A stretch of 64,000 nucleotides of DNA from contig CM119271.1 of NCBI GenBank assembly GCA_051294375.1, positions 16,762,667 to 16,826,666 of the forward strand, in the 5' to 3' direction. The stretch's first letter is position 1, and each line of letters begins with the position of its first letter. The notes below the pieces were generated by a model that worked only from the letters and a program-made list of their open reading frames with translations, ran no database searches and was not told the origin of the DNA. A program made the position numbers and the translations under genes. Below, in pieces: positions 10,245-24,167 of this stretch. The stretch comes from Paraspadella gotoi. Its lineage: Eukaryota > Animalia > Chaetognatha.

Positions 10245-13115
10245 GAGAGAGGAGAGAGAAAAAGAAAGAGAGAAGAAAGAGAGAGAGAGAGATGGAGGAG
10301 AGAGAGACGCCATGCGTTTTCCGCAGTCGAAATGTCGGCGATTCCAAATGTTGTTTTAGTGATTTTTAATGAGACAAATAAACGGAAAAAAAAGAGACGA
10401 TGAAGTCTTAAAAAGAGATGGGAGGGAGAGAGAGAGAGGGAGAAGGGAGAAGAGAGGGAATGTAGAGAAGAGAGAAAGAGCAGGGAGGAGGTAGAGGAGA
10501 GTAAGAAAATGGAGGAGAAGCGGCATGAGATAAAAGAGGGCGGGGAAGACAGCTCTCTCGTTCTCTCTCTTCTCCTCTCTCTTCTCTCTCTCCTCTCTCT
10601 CTCTCTCTCTACTCTCTCTCTTCTCGTCTCTTCACAGACAGAGACAAGCGCCTTCCAGCATCAAAAGATGCGTTTATCCATAAATAACGACGATGATGCA
10701 AAAGGACTGCGTTCCTCAACTCAGGTTCCGCAAAGTGTTTAGCGCCGGCAGTTTAGCGACTTAATTTGAAGCCAATCTGAACCGAAATCAGAATGGCTTC
10801 GCAATCTTTACGGCAATCTGGCTCTGCAATCTGGCTTGCAATCTGACTTCTGCAATCTGGCAGCCGCAAATATGGCATCACAATCTGGCTTTGGCAAATC
10901 TGCCACTGCAATCTAGCTCCACAATTTTACTTCGTAATCTTGCACCGCAATCTGGCACCGTATCTGATCGCAATCCTGGCAACGTAATCTGGCACCGTAG
11001 CAATCTGCTACCCTAATCTGAATCCGAATCTGGCCCAGAAATCTTGCTTGCCAATCTGACTTCACAAATCTGGCACCGCAATCTGGCACCGCGCGAACGG
11101 GCTATTAATTTTCGCCCATTTCTCTTTCTCCCAATTTTATCACCTGATAAAAACAAGGGAGACGTTCTTCAAGTTTAAGAGGTCGTCGTCGTTGTCGTGT
11201 CGTCGTTGTCGTTGTCGTTGTTGTCGTAGTTGTCGTTGTCGTCGTTGTGTTGTCGTCGTCGTTGGTCGTTGGGTTTCCCCCGTCGGGTCGTCCCCCCCGT
11301 TTTGGTTCCCGGCCCGGGTCCGTCGGGTGTGTCCGGGGGTCCCCGTTCCCCGTTCCCCGTTTGTCGTCGTTGTCGTCGTCGTCGTTGTTGTTGTCGTCGT
11401 TGTCGTTGTCGTCGTTGTCGTTGTCGTTGTCCGTTGTCGTCGTTGTCGTGCGTCGTTGTCGTCGTCGTCGTTGTTGTTGTCGTCTTGTTGTCGTGGTTGT
11501 CGTTGTCTGTCGTTGTCGTCCGTCGTCGCTGTTGTCGTCGTCGTTGTAGTCGTTGTTGTCTTCGTCTTCGTGCGTCGTCGTTATTATTGTCGCCGTGCTC
11601 TTTATTGAAGCTGTTGGTTTTCATTGTATTATTGGCTTTGTCCTTCTGCAATGCTTGTTCATTGTAACAAATCAGCCCGCGTGGCCATGCTTTTCTTCTA
11701 CGCGTTCATTCCGCCTGTTGGCCTCTTGCGCATATGGCGTTGGCTCTAACGCCAAATAAGTTTGTGCCTCGTATTACTTTCTCTCCGCAAACCAAAAAGT
11801 TCATTTTCCTTAACCTGAACATAAAACCGTAAACACAAGAAAGGGAAATCCAAAAGTCAAGTTTGTGCCACAGACTTTTTTTAACTTATATCTCCGGGTG
11901 ATCACATGATTTATTACATGCACTGCATCGAATTTCGTTTTTTAATCGGTCGGTCCCACCACAAAAGCTTGTCAGATCTGGAATTATGAATCAAATTGAT
12001 ATCAGTTCGTCGCGTCCAGCGTCATCCGTCCGTCCGTCCGTCCGACCTTGGCTTTTTAACGCCAATTACTCATGTGTGGACGGGACATATTGATCATATG
12101 ATCGAGAAGAAGGTGAATTATGCTGGAAATCAAGTTTCAATGGAAATCGTACCAGTGGAAATCAAGTGTAAATCAAGTTTCAATGGAATCGTACCAGTAG
12201 AAATCAGGCTTGTAACAACCATGTTAGCAGGCGGGTTAAGCGCCCCCTCCCTCTTAACTGCTAGCGCCCTTTGGGTTGGGAGGCGAATGACTTTCCTACG
12301 CACCAATGACCGCTTGATGAACGGTTGGTGGATTTTAAGTCCACCTACAGGGATTTCTAGGCGGAAAGCAAAGTGGATTTTATTTCTTCAGAAAAATAAA
12401 AGCGATAATACAAAACGGTTCATTTTTTTGGGCAAGAGTGAAATGCAATACATTTCGGGTTCTCTTTTATACGGTTCCATCGGTAAGGGTAAAATTTACA
12501 GGCGAGGAAGCTCTTCTGCTTTTTGGCCGATGCCTCGTTGATCCGATTCGTTCTAGAATGCATGAGATCGCTTTTTAATGTGATAATATAACTTATGATG
12601 AATTGGTAGGCAACCAATATATATATATATACTTATATATAACTTCAGAAGTAGCAAAATTAAAAGATCTTATTTTATAGCCAAATATGAACCAAATTGA
12701 ATGAAAAATTACCCGAGTTAAACGCAATTTTTGTCCTTGTGTTGCGGATTATAAAAATTGTAAAGCCAGATTGGGATAAAACGATGAATAAAATGAGAAT
12801 AAAACGGTTTGATAAAAACTGCTGATATGTTCTGGGGATAAAAAAAAATTCCGTTGGACCAAAGGACGCGAATGGAAAAATACTTGGGTAGCGAAATTCG
12901 GGCAGCCGGTTTGGTGATCAATGCTGAGGAAAGAAAAAGAGAGGAAAGGAAAGGAAAGGAAGGAAAGGAAGAAAGGAAAGGAAAGGAAAGGAAAGGAAAG
13001 GAAAAGAAAGGAAAAGAAAGGAAAGGAGGAGGAGGAGGAGAGGAGGAGAAAAGGTTGGATGAAGGTGGTGTTTACTTTCTTCGTTTGGGAATAGAAAAGA
13101 GAGAAGAAGTAGAGA

Positions 13116-13172
<57 letters not shown>

Positions 13173-15516
13173 AAAGAGAGAGAGGAGAGAGAGAGAGAGA
13201 GGGAGGTGGCCGACCGGTCAGTTTAAGAACAAGTTTGAGCAACAATGTCGATCTGCCTACGATAATTAATTAATTAATTAATTAATTAATAGATTAATTA
13301 TTAATTAATTAATAGATTAATTATAATTTTTATATTCAGCCTTGTTCATCTCGATGTCTTAAAATTGAGTCAGGACAGTTATTAAATGTTTGTTTACATT
13401 TTATCAAAACACATATCCTCTATTATCGAGCCAGGCGGGCAAAGCCCGTCCTCGTCTAAGATTTTTTTTCCGGTTTCGCTTTGCGGTATCGCTTTTTGGG
13501 CATCATGGCTTCTGAAAGTTGTGATATCATAGGGAAGTTGAATTTTCATATATGGCTTCTAATCATCAAAGAATCTTAAAATTCTCATGTTTCATATCAA
13601 TATTGGTATTTGTTTTATTTTTATTTACAAAAAAACGTTTTTAAATTATATGTCGCTCTATCTGCTCTCTTTTTCTCCGTCACTGCTTCTCTAATGATTC
13701 GCGGCTCTGCAGCGTCTGTCAGCTTCTTTCTCACTTCTCCTCTCTCTCCTCTCTCCTCTCTCTCTCTCTCTTTTTTTTTAAGCAAAAAAATTTTTTAGAT
13801 ATAATGTGGGTTCAATTCTAATGTAAAAACCGAAATGCCGCGAAACAGGGCGGCAGAACCCGGGTCCTTTGGGTAGAGAATAGGCTCACGCTAACTTGCG
13901 GCGCATAAGTACTGCTGATTCCTTTAACGTATATATTTGGGGGGCGCTGTACGAGCCTTCTCCTTCTCTCTCTTTTAATATTATATATCGGCTTCTTATC
14001 CCTCTTCTCTTTTTCCTCTCTGCAGCGGCTGTCTCTCTCTCTCTCTCTCTTCTTCTCCTCTCTCTGTCTCTTGTCTCTCTCTGGTGTCTGTCCTATCCTG
14101 TACGATCTTTTGGCGTGATCGTTTGTTTTTTGAATTCTGATTATTTTTTTTCCTTCTAAAACTTTTTATTTTGGCCATTTATTCCGGCGCCTTTTTTTCA
14201 TAAAATCCATATTTCATCGAGAGTTTTCGGTGGGAATCTTATTCTCCTTTCTTGATCTCATCTCCTCTCTCTCTCTCTCCTGCGTTCTCTTTTCTCCGTC
14301 TCCTTCTCGAGTCGGAGTCTCTCATCTCTCTCTCTCTCTTTCACTCATTACTACGCTGTTTGTTTTATTGACTAATCATCGCATCACTGAATGACTATCA
14401 TCACAGCAGTGAATGACTATCACGCATCAATAATTGATTATCATCGAATCAATCAATCAATTCCTATTACATCATAAATTAACTATTACATCAATCAATT
14501 AGTATACCTCAATCATTACTAGTACATCACATCGTTACTCGCATGATTCATTCGTTTTTTTTTCCCGGTTTTTTCATTAATTTTCTATGATAGTGGGCTC
14601 TGGCGCGATCTTGTAGTCTTTTAAAGATTTTTTTATATTTATGTCTCCTTCTCGCCCCCTCTCTTCCTCTCTCACCTCTCTCTCTTTCTCTCTCGAGTCT
14701 CTCTTCTCTCCTCTCTCCGTCTCTTTCTCTGCCTCAAAATTTCATCTCAAATTCTATCATGGGTTAAATAAATAAAAGATTCAAGTAAATGTGACTCAAT
14801 ATTTCTTTTCATTAAACCATTTCCACTGGTAGTTTCCACTGACTTAATTCAAGCTTCGTCATACTTTTCCCTACCACAACCAAATTTCAACTCAATTATC
14901 CATCCAATTATGATTAATTGAGTATTATTGGTTAAAATAGTAAAGTATTTTCAGTGAAATTCGACTATGTTTTTTCCTTTACTAATTTCCACTCACACGA
15001 TTCCAGTCGAAATTTTATTCACTTAATCACACACTTCCTACCACACCACAAATTTAATTCAATCCAACCAGCCAATACGAGTTATTGGAGCCTTTTTGCT
15101 AAAGATGGGTCGGATGACGGATTGATTGACTATTAATTATTATTGTTAATTATGTTTACTATAATTGATTCTAATTAACTGATTAATTATTTTGATTTTT
15201 ATACATCTGCAGATCATTTAATATAAAGGAAAAGAAGCATAATCAATTAGTAAACAGTTTTGTTTTTTTTCATTAAACTCATTTCCACTCAAACTATCCA
15301 GTCGAACTTGATTTCCTGTTATCACACATTTCCTACCCGCTACAATTCCAGGTCATCAGCCCAATCCTCTCATGAGCATTTGGTGTTCATCATAGTGAAT
15401 ATATTTTTTTTGTTTTTTCCATTTTAACTCATTTCCACTCGGACGATTCCATCGAAACTTACATATCCAGCCTCAATTCCACACTACCTATCCACACTCT
15501 CTCTCTCTCTCTCTCT

Positions 15517-15711
15517 CACTCGCGATTTTTTATGGGATTTATCCCCCCGGAAATCGGTGAACCATTCAACGGACCAGATCGACTTTCCGTCACTTTTTTT
15601 TCCTTATTTTTCTTTTTTTCCTTTTTCTTCCTTTTTGTTTCTTTTATTTCTATTTAATTTTTTATTCACAGCTTAATTATTCAGTAATTCACATTGTGAG
15701 ATGCGTTTCTA

Positions 15712-15748
<37 letters not shown>

Positions 15749-16266
15749 GAGGGCTTTAATCAGGTAAGATTAAAACGTAAAATTCGTTACGCAAAAAGGC
15801 CCAATCGTCTAAATCACGTTTTTTTCGAGATCCAATGGAAAACGAGAAGGAAAGATTTTTTGTTCTGCGTTCCTCCAATCAGGAAGAGGCAAAGAGAAAG
15901 AGGAGGAGGAGGAGGAGGAGGAGGATAAAGAGAAATTACAGAATTAAGAAATAAAAGAAATTTTATGTATAGAACGAATTAAGCATGTATAACTGAAAAT
16001 GTGACTTATGGTTCAGTTCACTTTATTTTTCGTCCTTTACTAAATAGAGGTGACAATGAAGACGATGACGACAAACACGAAATGGCCGATAAGGCTTTTA
16101 TGTCTGGCGGAATAAGAGACAGAGAGAAGGAGAGAGTGAACTTGAATCAATTTAAATTATGCTTAAAATGGATTAATTAAATAATGAAATATTGCCGTTT
16201 GTACTTTCAATCTCAGAAAGAGAAAGATACAATGGAGAAAGAAAAGCACTAAACAGCCGGCATACC
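15517..16266. repeat. direct duplicate of ~9367-10133
   Basis: Matches from CACTCGCGATTTTTTATGGG to CAGCCGGCATACC and ends at the 25-N gap 16267-16291. Confidence 0.9.
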
Positions 16267-17603
16267 NNNNNNNNNNNNNNNNNNNNNNNNNGTGAAGATC
16301 CCGAGCTAAGTTTAGATTAATTTCCTCAGATCAGAGAGAGAGATGAATCATGAGAGACAGAGAGAGAGAGAGAGAAGAATTGAGAGAGAGGAGAAGAGGA
16401 GAGAGAGATGATGTAAGATTTTGAGAGATGAGTAGAGAGAGGGAGGAATGTATACGCAATAGGCGATGTTAGCAATTTACTGAGAGGTGCAGAAGGTAGT
16501 CTCCGCGATATCAGTCAGTTTAGGCACAGATAATGTATAAAAAATGGAAAGTTCCTTTTGAGATGAAATGAAAGAATTTTGATTATAATTGAGCTCAATT
16601 TCGCTCTTCTAGGAATAAATGTAAGGATATATTTCTCATCTTAATTTTTTCGTTCCGGCCTTCTTCGGGTTCTTGTCGTCTGTCGCTCCAGTCTAACGTT
16701 TTTTCTGGTCGTTATTCGCGTCGTTCGTCTTCATGGTTTATCGTTCTTTATCGTCATCGGTTCGTTGAGTAAATAGTTCGTCTAACTTGTCATCGCTCGT
16801 TCGTTAACGTTCATCGTCGGTTGGTTGTCGTTATCGTCATCGTCGTTGATCTAGGAGTCACAAATCGTATACGTTGTTTTCAATCATCGTCGTCTAATAT
16901 TCGTCGTCGTTATCGCGGTCGCTCATCAGTCGACTCCATCGTCCTCTTATCTACATCGTTCGTCGTTATCGTCGTCGTCATCGCATCGAGTCGTTATCGT
17001 CGTCGATTCGTAGTTAATCAGCTCTCTTTCCACTTCCCTCTTCCTTACTTCCTCCTCCTTCCCTACTCCCCTCCTCTTCCCCTCCCCTTCCTCATCTCCT
17101 CCTCTTCCCACTTCCTCACTTCCTCCTCCTCCCTGCGGCGCGCCCCAAAGCCAGTGGAGATGCCTCCCTTTTCACGTTCCCCTCGTTGTATCCTCACTCT
17201 TTCACATCCCTCTCTTTCCTTCCTCCTGCCCCCGGATGTAATCTCGATTACAAAACTAAATTCAAGGTTGTTGGCGACCAAATAATTTTGGTGATCACTT
17301 TGATGGCAGAACCCTGAAATATATGTACGCGGAGGCCAGCTTTCTTTTTGGAAATATCAAAATTTTTGAAATCGGTTAAATGTTATTAATAAAATAAATT
17401 GTTTAACAAATTTTTAGAGTAAAAAAAATATGAATGCACAATTCTACTACTACTGTTTATTAAATAATAACAAAATATATTTCTGGTTTAAATTTAAAAA
17501 ATAATTTAAAAAACAGAAAAAGAATAAAATAAGGTGGAGAAATATTATCTGTCGAGGAGGCGGATGACGAGAGAAAGATTTGCAGAGAGAGAGAAGAAGA
17601 GAG

Positions 17604-17645
<42 letters not shown>

Positions 17646-17899
17646 GAGAGAGACGTTTGGATAATGAGCCTCAGGAAGTTGTTGTTGATCACAGATATTT
17701 GAGCCAAGGGAAAATTGGATAGAACATTTTCGATGTAGGCGATAGAAGAATCGGGTGAAAAAAGGGACAGAAAGAAACAGAAAAACAATACTAGACATTA
17801 GACAACTGAAAGGGACAGAAAGAAACGGCAAAAATGAGAGAGAAAGAAGAGAGAGAAGAGAGAGAGAGAGATGAGAAGGAGAAGAGAAGAGAGAGAGAG

Positions 17900-17935
<36 letters not shown>

Positions 17936-19839
17936 TTTCACTATTCCCCCTCTTGCCATTCTTTTTTTCCGCGATCGGCCATCATGCGTTCTCCTTTGGC
18001 GACGTCGTTTCGCTTCAGACTTTCCTTCATTCAAGATGAATGAAAATGCATGAAAAGCCGATCGGGGGAAAAAGGAGGGGTGGAAGGGAGGAAAGGGGAG
18101 ATAGGGGAGGAAAGGGGAAGTGAACGAGAGAGGTGGAAGAAAGGGAGGTAGGAAGAAAAAGAGAAGAAGAGGAAAAAAATGGAGGAAAAAAAAAAAAGAG
18201 AAAGGAGGAAGCAATTGAGGAAAGATAAAAGAGAAAAGAGGGGAAGAAAGGAAGGGGAAGATAGGGAAGCAGGCAAAGAAGGGAGGAAAGAGAAAAAAGA
18301 AGAGGGGAGAAAAAAGAACAGGAAGAAAGGAGAAAGAGAATAAGGGAGGGAAAGAAACAAAGAAAGGAAAAGGGAGGAAAGAGAAAAGAAGAGGGGAAAA
18401 AAGAGAGGAAGAGGAGGAAGAAAAAAAGGACAGGGGAAGAAAGAGAAGAAGAGGGAAAAAAGGGAGGAAGAGAAAAGAAGAGTGAAAAAAGAAGAGGAAA
18501 AAGGGAGGAAAGAAGAAAAAGGGAAGGGGAAGAGAGAAGAAGAGGGAAAAAAGGGAGGAAAGAGAAAAAAGGAGGACAGGAGGAAGAAAATATGAGGAAG
18601 AGGAAGTATGAGGGAGAGAAAGGAGAAAGGGGACTCATGAGGGGATCACTTCACTTAGTGGTCTATTACCCAAACTACAATAAGAAAACGAATTAAATTA
18701 GAAAATTCTAGGATTTCAAACTTTGGGGCTGAGATCAAAGTAGGTTTTAAAGAGCAATGAAATCCTTATCAAAAGCGGTAGAGATAAATTATTGACAATA
18801 AAAAATTATTGAAAAGTTTTTTTTTTGTTGAGAAAGAAAACGTTTATTGATTTTGGTTTAAGTTGTGAAGTGAGTAGAAAGAAAGAAAGGAGATAAAGAA
18901 AGAGTAACACTAATGGATGTTAAAAGTAAAAAAATCTAATGAAAAAGATGCAGAAAATACTTATTTTTTCTGCATTAATTTCAATTAGATTGCTCAAAAG
19001 GTGAAAGTTTACCGCATGAAAAATATTGTTAATAAGATGAACATTATAAATGTGTACCTACGAGAAGAGAGAGAGAGAGATAGATAAAAAGAACACAAAA
19101 AAGCAGAGAGAGGGAGAGAGAAAGAGACAGAGAGAGGGAAGAGAGAGAGAGAGAGAGATTGATTGATTAATTTTTACTTGATTGAATTGGGTTAATTCTG
19201 AATATATTTATAGGTATCGGACTTTTTTAAATTATTCAGTTCACTGTATTTTACTTGTATCTCGATAGCCTTAAGCAATTTGGCATGATGTTTTACGGAA
19301 ACTTCTGTAAAGACTAGGGGAATAAGAAAGAAAATATCAGATGGCTACAAATATGTTTGGTCAGCTTTTAGCTTGCATGCCGTCAAAGGCAGGATAAAGA
19401 AGAAGAATTATTCCTTCTATTTTATGGATGTCAAAAAGAGGAAAACTGTGAAGGCTATCTTTTCTGAGAGTGCACCATATCTGTAAAGATTTTTGCCAGA
19501 AGTTTCATTTAAACATTATATTTAACCTAAAATGTAATACTAATAATAACCCAATCTTTAAACGCTGATCTCTAACCAAAACCTAACCCTAATAACTAAC
19601 AAAATACTTAACCTTAATCACTAAACCCTTCAAACCTCATCTATTAATCCCAAAAATAAACTTAATTCACATTTAAGAGAAATGGGGACGTTCTCGAAAA
19701 TAGCAAACCAAAAATTCTAATCGTTTCTCAAGAAATAAAAAGGTTTGAGTCTCTCTTTCATTTGCAGAAGGAAAATAACTTTTTTATTTCAAAACGAAAT
19801 CAACGGTGCTTCAAGCATTTTTAATCTCTTTGTCTCTTA

Positions 19840-19871
<32 letters not shown>

Positions 19872-20534
19872 ATCTTCTTCTCTCTCTTCTCTTCTTCTCT
19901 TATCTGAGATTCTTTGCGTTTTCGTCGTTCCTGTTCTCGGCTATTAAATTCACGCAGCCAATGAATTTGTTGCTGGTTTTTAGAATTCTTAGTCGGCGAT
20001 TGTCTCTCTCTCTCTCTCTCTCACTCTCTCTCTCTCTCTTCTCTCTCTCTTCTCTCTTCTTCTCTCTCTCTTCTTCTTCTTCATCCCAAATCCCAATTTT
20101 CACCCTTCCTTTTTCTTACAAATTAAATTCCGACATCTTTTGCGAGAACACAATTAAATGAGGCAAAAACGTGTAAGAAGTTGAAAGTCGATTCGAATAC
20201 TAATGATTTTAAAAGAAAAATTAAGTAAAGTATATTCATAAAATGTTCAATTAAAACTATGAAACCGCTTAGTCACTTATTCTGGCACTATTTTCCACAA
20301 GGGCGCGTTTGTGTTCTATTCTCGAACTTATCTCTCACCATAACCTGTTATAGTGGCGCCCTCTTTTAGCACACATATTCTGCAAACTATTTTTCTGAAG
20401 TGACCAATTTTTATTCTGATCCCTCATTCTCATCTCTTATGCAAATATCTACCAAATCTGGGCGCTTTTTGGAAATATGAAAAAATTAATAAAAGCATAA
20501 ATCTTTAACACAGCAGTAGTAGTGTGGGTATTAT

Positions 20535-21053
20535 CATATCCAACCTCGATTATGATAAATATGCAAAAATGATTGTTCGTCTGTCTTTCGGTGTCGTCGT
20601 CCATGCGTCGGTCCGTCCGTTACAGCTTTGAACCCAAGTTACTCATGAATGTATGGGGCGTTTGACTGAAATTTGTATACTGGGTAGGAAAGTGAGTATT
20701 GAGCAAGGAAAATAAGTTTCGATGGGAATCGCTCAAGTGGAAATGAGTTAAAAATTAAAAAAAATTTCACTTTGATCATGCTTTTTTTTATATTTAATGT
20801 ATTAAGCTGTATCAATTAATTATTGATTAAGTAATAATTAATGTAATTATTTGTAATTTTAATTTATTTAATAATTATTTGTGATCAAGATCTGTTGTTT
20901 TTGTGAATTGAGAGGTAGAAAAGTGAAAAACGTTCTTGGGACAGGAATAAAAAAATAATATTAATTAATTATCTTATTTATAAATTATTTAATTATCTGA
21001 TCAGCTGCTTTATTATCTATAATCGTGGGCAGATTCCGTTGCTCAAACTTGTT
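20535..21053 (+). mobile_element. HINE-like element 3' part (duplicate at ~30743-31271)
   Basis: (GTCC)n tract, core repeat and AT tail. It ends GGCAGAT(T)CCGTTGCTCAAACTTGTTT, whose GCAGATCCG is complementary to the family's 5' CGGATCTGC (subterminal inverted repeat). Confidence 0.6.
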
Positions 21054-21282
21054 TATTAATTATATCCTCGTATGTAATGACAATAGAGCATACAATATAC
21101 AATCACAAACGCAAATATGCCAATATTGCAACTTTCGGTCCGACGCACTAATTAACATCCATTTTTTTATTCCCAGGGCATTTTCGCTAATCGAATTAGG
21201 AACAGGAAAGCAGCAACTCCGAGGCTCCATCAACGCTCATAAACGATAATGCTCATTAAAAAAAAGAATGCGGTTGACTCAC

Positions 21283-21360
21283 CTGTAACGTAGGTCCGTC
21301 ACGTTCGGGCAGGAAGGCAAAAAAGGGAAAAAAATGAATAAAAAATAATGATTTGTCCAT
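21283..21360 (-). CDS. candidate first coding exon with a hydrophobic N-terminus (noisy copy)
   Basis: ATG to CAG|GTGAGT reads MDKSLFFIHFFPFFAFLPERDGPTLQ. Duplicate of 31509-31588. Confidence 0.3.
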
Positions 21361-23225
21361 TTTCACTCCATATTAAGATTAGGATACACGTCGCCTCGGT
21401 TGGCAACTTCGTTTTCCCTACTCTTGCTGATTGGCTGACGATGCGCGTTTCTGGATTGCTAGTCGCCTCGCTTTTTATCGGTTATAACTTTGTTAAAAAA
21501 AATGTTTAGTTATGAAACCGAATCCATAATTTTTGGGGGTTTTTAAACTAACTCTCTCTGTCTCTAATAATTCTGGTCTCTGACTCTATTCGCTTTTCTG
21601 CCCACGAATTTGCTCATAAGAATCAGTCTATTCTCTTTGATTACCCAGATATTATAATTCACGAAATGGGTGAATAAATTTTGTGCAACACAAGTATTGC
21701 ATTTTGAATTTTTTTAAATTAAGTTGGGAAGATATTGAAACGATAACTATTTCGTAATTATTAAGTAAAAGCGCTGAAAGGTATGCAAGACACTAAGGCA
21801 GGTCTATTCATCAATTGATATTATCAATAAAAATAGAAAAATTGTTCAGTAAATCTGATTTTAAAGATAACTAGGAATAATACAAGCCAATTTTTGACTA
21901 ATGAATCATTGTTAATTCGTGAGCTTTAATTAAAACAATCGAAAAATTTTAAAAATCGACCAAAAAATCAGGTGAATTAAATGCATCTTTTAATTATTAA
22001 TTCAACAATATTTCATAATCAGTCAACCCCCAAATTTTCTTTCCAACTCTTTTGGTTTTCCATATATTGCTCAATCAATGAATCAATCATCAGATCCCAT
22101 GATGCCAGTTAATCCATCTATCAGTCCATATCTTTCACGTTCAATAAAATAAATCAATCATATTAAATCAATCAATAAAATCATTGCAATCTATATATTA
22201 ATCTTGAAGCATTGAACCATCATTCAACTCAATTAATCATTAAAAAATGATTAATCAAACTACATATCTATTTATGCAAATGGCATACATCAATAAATTA
22301 AGTTATCCATTACCAGTTTTTCTATGCACTCAATCAATTTAATTTAAAGGCATAAATTAAGTCAATCAATAAAATCATTCATATCTATTAATAATCCAAC
22401 CGCATTATTCCAATCATGAAACTCGCAATCAACTCCAATCAACTGCCAATCAAAACCAATCATATCTCGTCAATTCCGTCCAACGGCCGGAGTAAGCGGT
22501 AAGTTGATAAGGGCGAGGAGATTTCTTGAATAAGGGTTACGCAGGGTCGAGGAGAAAGGGAGATTGCGTGGAAGACGAGAGGGAGTGATGGAGGAATTTG
22601 GGGGGATCAATCTCGGGGTGGGAGAGAGAGAGAGTAGAGAGAGAAGAGATAAATGAAAGATTTTGAAATAAGTTAAAAAAATGCTATCTAAAAACATTCC
22701 TTCTCCTCTTTTATTCTTGGTACCGTATATTCTCTCTCTCTAGTCTTCTCTTCTCTCTCTCTTCCTCATCTCTCTCTTATTTACAAGGGAAAGATACATG
22801 CAATAAATTGTAAATTGGAAAGAATTTCATGATGAATGCCTAAATTCGTAAGACTTAAATGTACCATAAAGTAGCTTTTTATGGCCTACTATTGTTTTAA
22901 TTTTGTGCGCTAAAGCCCCATGAGAATAATTCAAAAAAAAAAAAAATCTCTCTCTCTCTCTCTGCTCTCTCTCTCTCTCTCTTCTCATTCTCTCACCTTC
23001 GAATCAAAGAGAAACCTTATCTTCGCGTTTTCTCTCAAATTCCTTAATGATTTTCAAAAAAGTCTCAACGCTCCATAAAAAGTCGCCGCTCCGCGCTGCC
23101 GTGCCACTGCCGCCGCGCCGCTTTGCTCTCCGCTCTTCCTTCTCCGCCGCAGCCACGGTAAGCAACTGGATTTATTAAATGAATGGCTTAATTTTTATAT
23201 TGTTGTACCAATTTCATATAATTAG

Positions 23226-23617
23226 ATTCCCATCTTCCTTCTCAAAGAGACCACAGTGGCGAAACGCACAGTTTTTGGCGAGTCTGACCACGGCCAAACA
23301 GAAAATCGCTCTTCGATTTCATCCGAGACGACGCTAGCAGCAGAGAAGGTGGCGTCTTTTGAAGCTTCGGAGTGGCTCGGTCCGCCGCATTCTGATCTGT
23401 CGGGAGCATCGGCCTTCAGTTGAAGAATATCCAGCTTCGTCGGAGAATGCCCTCCGGGGCCAGCCAACAGATCGACAGCAAACTCAGTCAAGTCGAATCC
23501 CAAGAGAAATTCAGTCCTTAAAGAATTTCTCTTCTTTTTCAAACTCGTCTTTCGCAACAAGAATCTGTAGGCAGGAATTGAATTGGTTTATCCCGCAATT
23601 AATGCCTTGAGGCGTGA
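23226..23617 (+). CDS. candidate terminal exon of an unknown Ser/Pro-rich protein (frameshifted noisy copy)
   Basis: High-complexity island after a TAG. It is open for ~120 codons only when indels are reconciled with 33407-33775. Confidence 0.25.
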
Positions 23618-24005
23618 ACTCGGTGGCTCAATGAGTTTTAAATCACATCTTAAGAACGCTGCAGTAGCCGAGTTCAATTCCTAAGATTCGGGTGGCATAT
23701 CCATTGGTAAACATACTAGAAAGAGTAAAACGCATTTGATGAAGTATAAGGCTACAAACTCCTCTGGAGATGTCACAACATTTATGGGAGTTTTTGGGCC
23801 AAATCTTCATTCAATCGCCCAATGCTCCTGAGGATTTGACCGTAAACATGCATAGAGGTCCACCTTTATTTGCTGTTCGAGGCCATAAACTGCCTCGAAC
23901 GCGAGTTAATAGCGTTAAAATCCAACCCATATAACTGAAGAGACAGTGATAATTGGTTATATTGTTAGTGGACAGAACCGTTAATATACAGGAGACCCTG
24001 ACTTG

Positions 24006-24167
24006 GATCAGGCTGTAACACGTGTTACAGGCGGGTTAAGTGCCCCGTTCCCTGCTTAACTGCTGGGCCGACCACCGGGGCTAGAAACCCAGGACCTTTT
24101 GGGTTGGAAGGCGAATGAACTTGCCTCGCGGCAACCAATGGCACTGATGAACGTTGGTGGATTTTAG
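24006..24167 (-). mobile_element. tRNA-related short interspersed element
   Basis: Noisy duplicate of 34148-34303. Confidence 0.6.

Larger units (their letters stand above)
6523..13227. repeat. large inverted duplication (arms ~6523-9340 and ~10150-13227)
   Basis: TTCTTAAACTGACCGGTCGCCACC (6524) is mirrored at 13205-13229. The tRNA-like element, ACG tract and 13-bp minisatellite all recur in reverse order. Confidence 0.9.

Noticed and set aside
18060-18630. K/E/R-rich protein or multi-pass membrane protein (also 28200-28820 and 58860-59690)
   Set aside because: These are polypurine/polypyrimidine low-complexity tracts, and the copies differ by frame-breaking indels.
19560-19660. Telomeric TAACCC arrays (also 29750-29850, 42950-43070 and 49320-49440)
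   Set aside because: Short, highly degenerate and interstitial, typical of repeat-internal tracts.
21160-21250. Plus-strand acceptor TTTTATTCCCAG followed by a short ORF
   Set aside because: The frame differs between the two copies, and there is no upstream exon or homology.
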